Of a stretch of DNA of 26,683 bases, positions 17,386 through 25,955 are shown piece after piece. Every line of letters starts with the position of its first letter. Within the stretch, counting starts at the first letter, position 1. The notes under the pieces are model-generated. The model was not told the DNA's origin. It made no database searches and worked only from the letters and a program-made list of their open reading frames with translations. The DNA comes from Armatimonadota bacterium. Lineage in GTDB: Bacteria > Sysuimicrobiota > Sysuimicrobiia > Sysuimicrobiales > Humicultoraceae. The stretch covers positions 1-26,683 of the forward strand of contig JBQTJP010000043.1 of assembly GCA_052386995.1 (NCBI GenBank), in the 5' to 3' direction. Made by a program: the position numbers and the translations under genes.

Positions 17386-19290
17386 GTGGATCGCGGCGTG
17401 ATGGCACCCGAAGTGGTGGCGCCCCAAAAGGAAGCGCCGGACGCTGCACTGAGGCCGCGGGACCGTCTGCCCGACGCCGTACCGCTCCTGCCGCTCGTGA
17501 TCGGCGTGACCGGCCACAGAGATTTGCGCCCCGAGGACATTGGCCGCCTCAACGAGGAGATCGGTAAGGTTTTCGCAGCCCTCAACGAGCGTTGCCCCAA
17601 CACCCCGCTCGTCCTTCTCTCGTCCCTCGCCGAGGGCGCCGACCGCGTCGCCGCGGAGGTGGCGCTGCGGTCCAAGATGGGACTGATGGTCGTCCTGCCC
17701 ATGCCCCTCCGTCATTACGAGGAGGACTTTCAGCCGCCGAACGCGCTGCCGCGCCCGGACGGCGCGGAGAGCGCCCTCGACGAGTTCCGCCGTCTGTTGA
17801 ACGCCGCCGACGGCGTTATCGAGCTGCCGCTCGTGACGACGGAAGAGGAAGTGCGCGGCTGGCCGGCCCGCCGGGCGCTCCACTACGAGCAGGTCGGAGC
17901 CTTCATCGCCCTTCACAGCCAGGTACTGCTTGCGCTCTGGGACGGCGTGTCCCCGCCCAAGGTCGGCGGCACCAGCGAGGTTGTGCACTTTCAGTTGAAC
18001 GGCGTCCCCAAACGCTACGCGCCCCTGCGCACGCCCCTGGACCCGCTCGACAGCGGGCCCGTGTACCACCTGGTCACGCCGCGGGCCGCCGGTCACGGCG
18101 GGACCATCGCGCCGGCCTTCTCGCTCCGGAAAGGGTTTCCGAGCAGTGAGCGGGGGGCGCCGGAGTGGACGGTGGTGTGGTCACCCACGGAGGACCGGGA
18201 GCGAGAGAAGCCGTATCAGCGGATCCACAACCGGATCGACAGCTTCAACCGGGACATCAAAGGCCTGGCCGCGAGTCTCTCGGGGGCCATCGGGCGCAGC
18301 CGCAGCGCCATTTTCCCCCACGGCGAGGACCGTACCCTACCCGACACCCTTCAGCACTTGCTCACCCGGTACAGCGTCGCCGACGCGATGGCGCTGCACT
18401 TCCAGACCCTGACGCGCCGGACCGCGCGCCGCCTCTTCCTCCTCACGGCGTTCGCCGCGCTGGCCCTGGTGCTGTTTGCGCACGGCGAGTTCGAGCCGGT
18501 CGCCGGGTATCGTCCCCATCTGCTTCTCGCATACGTCGCGGCCGTTCTTGTCGGGCTCGGCGTGGCTTTGTGGACCCGGTGGGGTGACTTCCAGAACAGG
18601 TTCCAGGACTATCGCGCGCTGGCGGAAGGATTACGAGTGCAGATGTTCTGGCGCCTCGCGGGAGTGCCGGGCTCGGTCGCCGATCACTACCTCCTAAAGC
18701 AGAAGGGCGAGCTCGACTGGATCCGACAGGCGCTGCGCGCGTGGGGCGTGCAGACGGGCGTGCGGGGAGAGGCGTTCGAGCCGCGGACGGCGGGAGCGGG
18801 TCGCGAGGATCCACGGATCGACCTTGTGTTGACGCGTTGGGTGGACGACCAGCTTGCCTACTATACGCGCGCGGCGCACCGCAGCCACGGCAACCACACA
18901 TTCTACGGTCCTCTGGGCAAGATCGCGCTCGCCGTCGGGATTGGGCTGGCCCTGGTGGTCGCGGCCCAGCAGGCGACCGACTGGCTTCTGCGCCATCACT
19001 TCGAGCCGAACGGCAGAACGATCCTTGCCATGACGGTGCCGCTGGTGGTCGCGGGACTCCTGGAAGGGTACGCGCGCGTGATGGCGTTCTCGGAGCACGC
19101 CAAGCAGTTCGGACGGATGAGCGTCGTGTTCGGTAAGGCCAAGGAGGTCCTCCAAGGCCTGACCGGACCTGAGCACCAGCAGGAAGCGCAGGGCCTCCTG
19201 CGCGACCTGGGGAAGGAAGCGCTCGCGGAGAACGGCGACTGGCTGTTGCTCCATCGCGAGCGACCCCTGGAGTTCCACTCGCCGCACTGA
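17386..19290 (+). CDS. SLOG (YpsA/Smf-DprA-LOG superfamily) domain fused to four TM helices (tandem SLATT/DUF4231-like modules)
   Basis: IGVTGHR, SSLAEGAD, VVLP, LALWDG...GGTSEVV are SLOG motifs. C-half has ADA.ALHFQ, 2 TM, DYRALAEGLR, WVDDQLAYY, 2 TM, EALAENGDW. Start taken as GTG 17386 after GGGAG (ORF open from 17197; ATG 17401 alternative). Confidence 0.75.
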   Translation: MDRGVMAPEVVAPQKEAPDAALRPRDRLPDAVPLLPLVIGVTGHRDLRPEDIGRLNEEIGKVFAALNERCPNTPLVLLSSLAEGADRVAAEVALRSKMGLMVVLPMPLRHYEEDFQPPNALPRPDGAESALDEFRRLLNAADGVIELPLVTTEEEVRGWPARRALHYEQVGAFIALHSQVLLALWDGVSPPKVGGTSEVVHFQLNGVPKRYAPLRTPLDPLDSGPVYHLVTPRAAGHGGTIAPAFSLRKGFPSSERGAPEWTVVWSPTEDREREKPYQRIHNRIDSFNRDIKGLAASLSGAIGRSRSAIFPHGEDRTLPDTLQHLLTRYSVADAMALHFQTLTRRTARRLFLLTAFAALALVLFAHGEFEPVAGYRPHLLLAYVAAVLVGLGVALWTRWGDFQNRFQDYRALAEGLRVQMFWRLAGVPGSVADHYLLKQKGELDWIRQALRAWGVQTGVRGEAFEPRTAGAGREDPRIDLVLTRWVDDQLAYYTRAAHRSHGNHTFYGPLGKIALAVGIGLALVVAAQQATDWLLRHHFEPNGRTILAMTVPLVVAGLLEGYARVMAFSEHAKQFGRMSVVFGKAKEVLQGLTGPEHQQEAQGLLRDLGKEALAENGDWLLLHRERPLEFHSPH

Positions 19291-19311
19291 GCCGGGTCGA
19301 GGTGAATGGGA

Positions 19312-20595
19312 ATGGCGCATGACGTGTTCGTCAGCTACTCCGCCAAGGACAAGCCGACCGCGGACGCGGTGGTGGCGACCCTCGAGGCCAGAGGCATCCG
19401 CTGTTGGATCGCCCCGCGTGACGTCCTGGCGGGCATGCACTACGGCGAAGCGATCATCGATGCCATCAACGCCAGCAAGGCGATGGTCCTTGTCTTCTCC
19501 AAGAACGCCAACGAGTCGGGCCAGATCCGGCTGGAGGTCGAGCGCGCGGTCAGCAAGGGCATCTCGATCATCCCGGTGCGCATCGAGGACGTAGCGCCGG
19601 GCAAGTCCCTGGAGTACTTCATCGGCCCCGTCCACTGGCTCGACGCGCTCACGCCGCCACTGGAGCGGCACCTCGAGCAGCTCGCGAGCACGATCCACGT
19701 GCTCTTGAAGCGCACCGCGGCAGCGGCGGCGCCCGCGACGCCCGCTCCGATCGCCCCGGTTCGCGGTACTGTTCCACGCATCCCTGGGATGCCGCTGGCG
19801 ACCGGCGCCGGTCTCCGGCGGTTCATCCTGCCCGCAGCCGCCGTGGCCCTCATCGTGATACTGGCTCTCGTCTGGCGGTCGATCAGCGGCGCGCGCGCCG
19901 CGCCAGAGATCGTGAGTATCGCATTCCCCAGGGTCATCAAGGCGGACGGTGTGAGGGTCCAGGGCTACATCACCTTCCGCGACGCGAACGGCGACCTGAA
20001 GACGGCGGAGTTCGCTGTCCTCGAGGCCTCCACTTTCAATCCGGGGAAGTTTGACCCGAACGGCGTCGCGGGCGTCAAGGAGGGACGATTTTCGTTCTTC
20101 AGTGTTTCGAACGTGCCGCAGCGCGTGACGCAGCGCGTCACACTCGTCGACCGGGCGGGACATCGCAGCAAGCCGGTCACGTTTACGTTCGAAGCCGTTC
20201 CGGTCCCGGTCGTGACCCTGCGCACGATTCGGGTGGCCCAGAAAGACGAGTTCCGGGACCAGCGGAAGGGCGCGGCCTTCCACGTCTACGCCGAGATCGG
20301 CAACGCCAAGGATAAGGACCTTACGGCGGTCGCTACGCTACACGAGCAGAACGGAAACTCCCTGCCGGCGAAGAGCGCCGAATACAGCATCCGCAACACC
20401 GTGGGCACGTCCATCCGATTCAGGCCGCGCTTCGATGAGACGGTCATGAAGGACATGACGCTGTTCGTCCCGTTTGATCAGTTCCCCGAAATCGCCGGGA
20501 GCACGCCGTATCGGGCGAGGATTCAGATCTTCGACGGCGAGAAGGCGATGGGCAATCCCTACTGGCACGACTTCACGCTGACGCGTCCCAAATAG
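19312..20595 (+). CDS. TIR domain - transmembrane helix - extracytoplasmic beta-rich domains
   Basis: DVFVSYS, WIAPRD, VLVFS..AN.S...RLEVERA (catalytic-position Glu), IIPVRIED. Then Ala/Pro linker, RR-FILPAAAVALIVILALVW TM and ~230 aa C-terminal region. SD GAGGTG fits ATG 19312 (19306 alternative). Confidence 0.88.
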   Translation: MAHDVFVSYSAKDKPTADAVVATLEARGIRCWIAPRDVLAGMHYGEAIIDAINASKAMVLVFSKNANESGQIRLEVERAVSKGISIIPVRIEDVAPGKSLEYFIGPVHWLDALTPPLERHLEQLASTIHVLLKRTAAAAAPATPAPIAPVRGTVPRIPGMPLATGAGLRRFILPAAAVALIVILALVWRSISGARAAPEIVSIAFPRVIKADGVRVQGYITFRDANGDLKTAEFAVLEASTFNPGKFDPNGVAGVKEGRFSFFSVSNVPQRVTQRVTLVDRAGHRSKPVTFTFEAVPVPVVTLRTIRVAQKDEFRDQRKGAAFHVYAEIGNAKDKDLTAVATLHEQNGNSLPAKSAEYSIRNTVGTSIRFRPRFDETVMKDMTLFVPFDQFPEIAGSTPYRARIQIFDGEKAMGNPYWHDFTLTRPK

Positions 20596-20632
20596 ACCGA
20601 CTTCCGTCAGTTCCTTGCTTTTCAAGCAGGTA

Positions 20633-20676
20633 ATGGTGTAACGTATGGTGTATCTAATAGTGTAGTGTGAGGTGTA
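20633..20676 (+). promoter_or_regulatory. Four direct repeats at 12-bp period in vapBC promoter region (putative operator)
   Basis: ATGGTGTA 20633, ATGGTGTA 20645, ATAGTGTA 20657, GAGGTGTA 20669. Confidence 0.65.
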
Positions 20677-20682
20677 TCGGAG

Positions 20683-20889
20683 ATGCCACGGATGATGGTC
20701 GAAATCGATGACAGGCTCCTTGAGGAAGCCCGCCGGCTGAGCGGTGCCCGTACGAAGAAGGGCGCAATTGAAGTTGCGCTGCGAGAACTTGTGCGCCGGC
20801 GAAGGAGCAGGGAACTCGCTGATCTAGCAGGCAAGGTCGACATCGCTCTCACGCGACGGGATCTACGCGCCATGAGGGAAGGCCGCTGA
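20683..20889 (+). CDS. vapB: Type II TA antitoxin, VapB family (RHH-like)
   Basis: RMMVEIDDRLLEEARRLSG.RTKK.AIE.ALRELVRRR; 2 bp upstream of a PIN gene. Confidence 0.88.
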   Translation: MPRMMVEIDDRLLEEARRLSGARTKKGAIEVALRELVRRRRSRELADLAGKVDIALTRRDLRAMREGR

Positions 20890-20891
20890 GG

Positions 20892-21308
20892 ATGGCAGCC
20901 ATTGTTGATACTTCGGCCTGGATCGAATTCTTCAAGCCTCAGGGCAGCGCGTTAGTGAAGAGCACCATGACCGCGGCACTCGAGGAAGGCATGGTCGTGA
21001 CCGTGGCGCCGATCGTGGTGGAACTCCTCGTCGGCCTTAATCCTGCACGCCGTACAGATGCCCGGGCTATCGAGCGAGTGCGTGACCTGGGCATGGTAGG
21101 CTTGGACTGGAATGCGTGCGAGTTAGCGGGAACGTTCGGTCGTGCGCTTGGGGCGCGCGGGCGGCGGGTGCCCACCGTCGATCTCGTGATGGCCGGAGCG
21201 GCTGCCGCCGCAGGTCACGAGATCTGGCACGTCGGCGATCAGCACTTTGTGTGGATCAAGCAAATCGGGGGTCCGCCCGAACGCGATCTGTCGGCGCCAC
21301 CTGCCTGA
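20892..21308 (+). CDS. vapC: Type II TA toxin, PIN-domain VapC
   Basis: IVDTSAWIEF, VVELLVG, PTVDLVMA, GDQHF acidic PIN residues. Confidence 0.88.
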   Translation: MAAIVDTSAWIEFFKPQGSALVKSTMTAALEEGMVVTVAPIVVELLVGLNPARRTDARAIERVRDLGMVGLDWNACELAGTFGRALGARGRRVPTVDLVMAGAAAAAGHEIWHVGDQHFVWIKQIGGPPERDLSAPPA

Positions 21309-21372
21309 GGACTTTTCGGCGTCGCGTCGAATCCCACCCCGAACACTGGCGTCGATCGGTCGGCTCTCTCTG

Positions 21373-22449
21373 ATGCTGCTCATCCCTGCAACGAGCCAGA
21401 CCCGGACCGCCGCATGGCGGCTGACGGCGCGGGCGTGGAATTCGTACCTCCTGCGCCGCGTCGGGCGCGCGTTCCTGACCATCCTGGCGGTTTCCACGTT
21501 TACCTTTTTCCTGGTGCGCCTCATGCCCGGGAACCCGGTCGATGTGTTTATTCACGACCAGGTGGTGACGTACGGGCAGACCTACGAGCAGGCCCTCGAG
21601 CAGGCGCGCGGGCTCTTCGCGCTCGACCTGAGGGCCCCGCTGTCCGTGCAATATGTCCAGTACCTGGGGAACCTGCTGCGGGGCGACTTCGGGCAATCGA
21701 TCCTGTCGCCCGGCACCCCGGTGGCCTCGATCATTGTCCGCTTCCTCCCGTGGACGCTGTTCAGCGTCGGAGTTGCCTTGCTGCTGAGCTTCGCGCTGGG
21801 CGTCGTTTTGGGCATGCTCATGGCCTACCGCCGCGAGACCTGGATCGACCACACGCTGACTGTGTTCGCCACGGTCACGACCGTGATCCCGAACTATCTC
21901 CTGGGGATCCTGCTGCTGGTGTTCCTGGGCGTGCAGACGCGCGTCATCAACATCGCCGCCATCCGCGGCTCGCTGTCGCCCGGGGTGCAGCCGGAATTCT
22001 CGCTGGCGTTCGTCCTCGATGCGCTGTACCACGCGGCGCTTCCGATCGTCACCTACGTCCTGGCGACGATCGGCGGCTGGATGCTCATCATGAAGGCGAG
22101 CACGCTGGCGGTGCTGGGCGAGGACTACGTCGCGTTCGCCAGGGCGCGGGGCCTCCCTGACCGTCGGATCGCCACCGCCTATCTCGGCCGCAACGCCCTG
22201 CTGCCATTGTTCACGCAACTCACCATTGCGATCGGCTTCGTCGTGGGAGGCTCGGCGCTGATCGAGTTCGTCTTCAACTATCAGGGGATCGGGTTCGTGC
22301 TCTACGACTCCACCGTGCGGCGCGATTACCCGGTGATGCAGGGCGTGTTTCTCGTCATCACCGTCGCGGTCGTGCTTGCCAACCTGCTGGCCGACCTGCT
22401 GTACGGCCGGATCGATCCGCGCGTCGACCTCAGGGAGGATCGGACGTGA
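21373..22449 (+). CDS. Opp/Dpp-type ABC permease (DppB-like)
   Basis: YLLRRVG, RLMPGNP, GDFGQSI, GEDYVAFARARGL, RDYPVMQG, IDPRV. Start uncertain. Confidence 0.9.
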   Translation: MLLIPATSQTRTAAWRLTARAWNSYLLRRVGRAFLTILAVSTFTFFLVRLMPGNPVDVFIHDQVVTYGQTYEQALEQARGLFALDLRAPLSVQYVQYLGNLLRGDFGQSILSPGTPVASIIVRFLPWTLFSVGVALLLSFALGVVLGMLMAYRRETWIDHTLTVFATVTTVIPNYLLGILLLVFLGVQTRVINIAAIRGSLSPGVQPEFSLAFVLDALYHAALPIVTYVLATIGGWMLIMKASTLAVLGEDYVAFARARGLPDRRIATAYLGRNALLPLFTQLTIAIGFVVGGSALIEFVFNYQGIGFVLYDSTVRRDYPVMQGVFLVITVAVVLANLLADLLYGRIDPRVDLREDRT

Positions 22450-23330
22450 TCGGCGACCGCGCGCTCCCCGACGCGGGACGGGCGCGACAGACCGCCCTCT
22501 GGACCCTCCTGCGCCGGAATCCCGGCGGGACCCTTGGTCTCGCCGGTGTGCTCATCATCCTGGTCCTGGTTGTGGTGGGCCCACTGGTCATCCCCCTGGA
22601 TGCGGCTACGCACCTCGAGCGGATCTACCAGCCGCCGTCGTGGGGCCATCTGCTGGGCACAGACAGCCAGGGCCGGGACACCTTCAGCCAGATCGTGCAC
22701 GGCGGCCGGTCGCTACTGTGGGTGGCGGCAGCCGCAGCCGCGCTCTCGACGGCAATTGCCGTCCTCCTGGGCTCGCTCGCCGCGCTGGCCGGCGGTCGCA
22801 CGGCCGGCGTGATCATGGCCGTAACAGATGTCGTGCTGACGGTGCCGCACTTTCCGCTGCTCGCGGTCCTGGCCGCGTTCTTGAGGCTGCAGTCAGAGAC
22901 GCTGCTCGCGGTCATCCTTGGGCTATTGAGCTGGCCGACCCTCGCGCGCGCCGTGCGGGCGCAAGTGCTGTCGCTGCGGGCGCGCGAGTTCGTCGAGGCG
23001 GCGCAGGCCCTGGGCTTCGGCCGCGGGCACATCATCGTGCACGAGATCCTGCCAAACCTGCGCTCATACGTCGCCATATCATTCGTCCTGGCGACGACGC
23101 AGGCCATGTACGCGCAGGTCGGGCTGGTCTTCCTGGGCCTCGTGCCGCTGGCCAGCCAGCACTGGGGCGTGATGATCCAGTACGGCTGGACGCGCGGCGC
23201 GATCTTTCACAGTGACAGCGTCTATTCGATCCTGGCGCCGATCGGCGCGATCGCGTGGCTGAAGCTGTCGCTGGTCTCGATGGCGCGGCTGTTCGACGAC
23301 ATCTTCAACCCCAGGCTCCAAGAGAGCTGA
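22446..23330 (+). CDS. Opp/Dpp-type ABC permease (DppC-like)
   Basis: HLLGTDSQGRD, REFVEAAQALG, EILPN, FNPRL. GTGA overlap. Confidence 0.9.
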   Translation: MIGDRALPDAGRARQTALWTLLRRNPGGTLGLAGVLIILVLVVVGPLVIPLDAATHLERIYQPPSWGHLLGTDSQGRDTFSQIVHGGRSLLWVAAAAAALSTAIAVLLGSLAALAGGRTAGVIMAVTDVVLTVPHFPLLAVLAAFLRLQSETLLAVILGLLSWPTLARAVRAQVLSLRAREFVEAAQALGFGRGHIIVHEILPNLRSYVAISFVLATTQAMYAQVGLVFLGLVPLASQHWGVMIQYGWTRGAIFHSDSVYSILAPIGAIAWLKLSLVSMARLFDDIFNPRLQES

Positions 23331-23344
23331 GGGCGCGCGAAGTC

Positions 23345-24355
23345 ATGGATCCCGTTCTGTCATTTAAAGACCTGACGGTCGGGTACCGGACCCGCGGCGG
23401 TGTGATCCCCGCGGTCCGGCGAGTCACCGTCGATCTCTATCCCGGCGAGACCCTGGGTCTGATCGGGGAGAGTGGCTCAGGGAAGACGACGCTGGCGCTC
23501 GCGGCGCTGCGCCTCCTTCCTCCGTCCGCGTCGGTGGAGGCCGGGAAGATCCTCTACCAAGGGGACCGCACCGTCGACGTCTCGGACGTTCTGGCAATGG
23601 CCCCAGACGCCCTCCGGCGCTTCCGCGGCGGGCAGGTCGCACTGGTGTTCCAAAATGCCCTCAGCGCCCTGAACCCCGTGCTCCGGATCTGGGCTCACTT
23701 CAAGGACACGGCACGGGCGCACGGCTCAAACGACGACGCGACGGTTCGGGAGCGCGCCGCGGATCTGTTGCATCGGGTCCGGCTCGACCCATCGCGCGTG
23801 CTGCGCGCCTATCCACACGAGCTCAGCGGAGGGATGCGGCAGCGCGTCTCACTCGCCCTGGCCCTGCTGCCGCGCCCGCGCGTCCTGATCCTCGACGAGC
23901 CCACGACCGCGCTCGACCTCCTGACGCAGCGGACGATCATCGACCTGCTCCGCGCGCTGCGCTCCGACCTGGGCTTCGCCCTGCTCTTCATCTCGCACGA
24001 CCTCGCGCTCGCGGCGGAGCTCGCCGACCGGGTCGCCACGATGTACGCGGGCCGCGTCGTCGAGATCGGCAGCGTCGACGACCTCTTTTACCGGCCACGA
24101 CATCCCTACACAGCCGGGCTCCTGGCCGCGGTCCCGCGCGTGCGAGGGGACCTCGCGGCCGTGCGCTCCATCACGGGCTCGCCGCCGGACCTCGTGCGCC
24201 TGCCGGCCGGATGTCCCTTCCATCCGCGCTGCCCGTACGCGCAGCCGGACTGCGCCGACGCCGAGCCCGACCTGTTCGAGACCGGCGATGCGCAGCGGTC
24301 CGCGTGTTTCTACTGGCACCGGGTCAGGGCTCCGGCCAGGGACGCGACCGCATGA
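23345..24355 (+). CDS. Oligopeptide/dipeptide ABC ATP-binding protein (DppD-like)
   Basis: GESGSGKT, YPHELSGGMRQR, LDEPTT, HPYT and C-terminal GCPFHPRC. Confidence 0.94.
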   Translation: MDPVLSFKDLTVGYRTRGGVIPAVRRVTVDLYPGETLGLIGESGSGKTTLALAALRLLPPSASVEAGKILYQGDRTVDVSDVLAMAPDALRRFRGGQVALVFQNALSALNPVLRIWAHFKDTARAHGSNDDATVRERAADLLHRVRLDPSRVLRAYPHELSGGMRQRVSLALALLPRPRVLILDEPTTALDLLTQRTIIDLLRALRSDLGFALLFISHDLALAAELADRVATMYAGRVVEIGSVDDLFYRPRHPYTAGLLAAVPRVRGDLAAVRSITGSPPDLVRLPAGCPFHPRCPYAQPDCADAEPDLFETGDAQRSACFYWHRVRAPARDATA

Positions 24356-25344
24356 TCCGGCTGGAGCGCGTCAGCCGCGCCTTCGCTTCCCGGGGCGGAA
24401 TCGTCCGCGTCGTGGACGAGGTGTCGTTGGAGATCGACCAGGGCGAGGTACTCTGCCTGGTGGGCGAAAGTGGCAGCGGCAAGACCACGCTCGGAAAGAT
24501 GATTGCCGGGCTCACGCCGCCGTCCGAAGGGCGCATTTTCTTCGAAGGAGCCGACATCGGCGTGCTGCGCGGGGATGCCTGGCGAGCATACCGCCGCGCC
24601 GTTCAGATCGTTCACCAGGATCCCTACGCCTCGCTCAACCCCACAAAGACGGTGTTCGAGATTCTGGCCGCGCCACTGCGGCTGCACGGGGTGGCGAGCG
24701 CGGGCGAGGTGCGAGCGCAGGCCGCGGGACTCCTCGGACGCGTCGAGTTGGCGCCGCCCGGCGCATTCCTGGATAAGTTCCCCCACCAGCTCAGCGGAGG
24801 CCAGCGGCAGCGGGTCTCGCTGGCACGGGCGCTGTCGGTCGAGCCGCGCTTTCTCGTCGCTGACGAACCGGTCTCGATGATCGACGTCTCGTTGCGCGTC
24901 AGCCTGCTGAACCTGCTCGCGCGCCTCCGCTCGGAAACCGGGGTCGGCTGTCTGTTCATCACCCACGATCTGGCGGTCGCGCGGTACATCGGGGCGGAGG
25001 GCCGCACCGCGGTGATGTACCTGGGGCGGCTGGTCGAGCTGGGACCGACCGCGGCGGTCGTCGAACGGGCGCAGCACCCGTACACACGTGCACTGCTCGC
25101 GGCCGTGCCCGAAGCCGATCCGCGCATCACCCGCGCGAAGGCCCGGATGCGTCTCCGCGGCGACGACACACCGGACGCTCTCGGCATGCCGGCCGGGTGC
25201 GCATTTCACCCGAGGTGCCCCTGGTTTGAACCGGGCCTGTGCGATGCGGTCCGCCCTGACCTCGTGCCGATCGGATCGCAGGTGGCGGCCTGTCTTGTGG
25301 CGGCGCGGGACGGAGGCCTTCGGGCACGCTCCCTGGCCGAGTGA
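24352..25344 (+). CDS. Oligopeptide/dipeptide ABC ATP-binding protein (DppF-like)
   Basis: GESGSGKT, FPHQLSGGQRQR, ADEP, HPYT, GCAFHPRC. ATGA overlap. Confidence 0.94.
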   Translation: MIRLERVSRAFASRGGIVRVVDEVSLEIDQGEVLCLVGESGSGKTTLGKMIAGLTPPSEGRIFFEGADIGVLRGDAWRAYRRAVQIVHQDPYASLNPTKTVFEILAAPLRLHGVASAGEVRAQAAGLLGRVELAPPGAFLDKFPHQLSGGQRQRVSLARALSVEPRFLVADEPVSMIDVSLRVSLLNLLARLRSETGVGCLFITHDLAVARYIGAEGRTAVMYLGRLVELGPTAAVVERAQHPYTRALLAAVPEADPRITRAKARMRLRGDDTPDALGMPAGCAFHPRCPWFEPGLCDAVRPDLVPIGSQVAACLVAARDGGLRARSLAE

Positions 25345-25379
25345 GAGCGGCCGATTACCTACTCGGTCCGGACCGAGTT

Positions 25380-25521
25380 GAGCTTCAGGATCGGATGCCC
25401 GTAGTGACGGACGGTGGTGGGGAGATAGGGCAGACCAAGAAAATGCCCAGCGTGGGGATAGCTCAGATGTTCTACCGGAAACGCAAAATTGTGTTGCTTC
25501 GCTCTTTGCACTGCGATCTCG
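25380..25521 (-). pseudogene. Fragment of acyl-CoA thioesterase/BAAT C-terminal alpha/beta hydrolase
   Basis: EIAVQRAKQHNFAFPVEHLSYPHAGHFLGLPYLPTT resembles the catalytic-His region (L.Y..AGH...PY.P). Flanks do not continue the family. Confidence 0.55.
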
Positions 25522-25940
25522 GTCCCTCTCCTCACGCGAAAGCGGACCGGATACGTGGATCTTTTGCGCAGGCTAATCCAGTATTTCCATGCGCTGCCTT
25601 GGTTATCGTGATGTCGCCTTCGCGATCCAGGAGGTATTCGGTAGTAGATCAACTTGTTTCACTAGCCCGCCGCCGGTGGTGGGCCAATCCGGCTGATGCA
25701 CCGGGAGCCATGACTCCGGCCGAGCCGAGTAGTTGTCCCCCAAGAAATGTCGCGGAATCGAAGAAAGGGTATTGACAGATTTCCGGAGGGCATCACGGAC
25801 TCCGCAAAGAGTCACACAAGAATGGGCACCACGCGCACCAAAATCCCCCGAGAGCGCATTTCCGACGATGGGTGCGTGACGAAGAGGATCTGGTGGCCTG
25901 TCGTGCTGTGCAGCCGCGGCCAGGCGATGCAAGAACCCCG

Positions 25941-25949
25941 TGGTATAAC
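25941..25949 (+). promoter_or_regulatory. Extended -10 (TGnTATAAC), leaderless
   Basis: TGGTATAAC ends 6 nt before ATG 25956; no SD. Confidence 0.5.
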
Positions 25950-25955
25950 AGGGCC

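Noticed and set aside
20613..20630. CCTTGCTT-TTC-AAGCAGG hairpin after the TIR gene as a terminator
   Set aside because: Weak bulged stem with no downstream U-run.
25341..25775. 144-aa plus ORF overlapping the dppF-like stop
   Set aside because: No recognisable domain; the opposite strand carries the recognisable thioesterase fragment.
25772..25777. Perfect TTGACA -35 box
   Set aside because: No plausible -10 at 16-18 bp.
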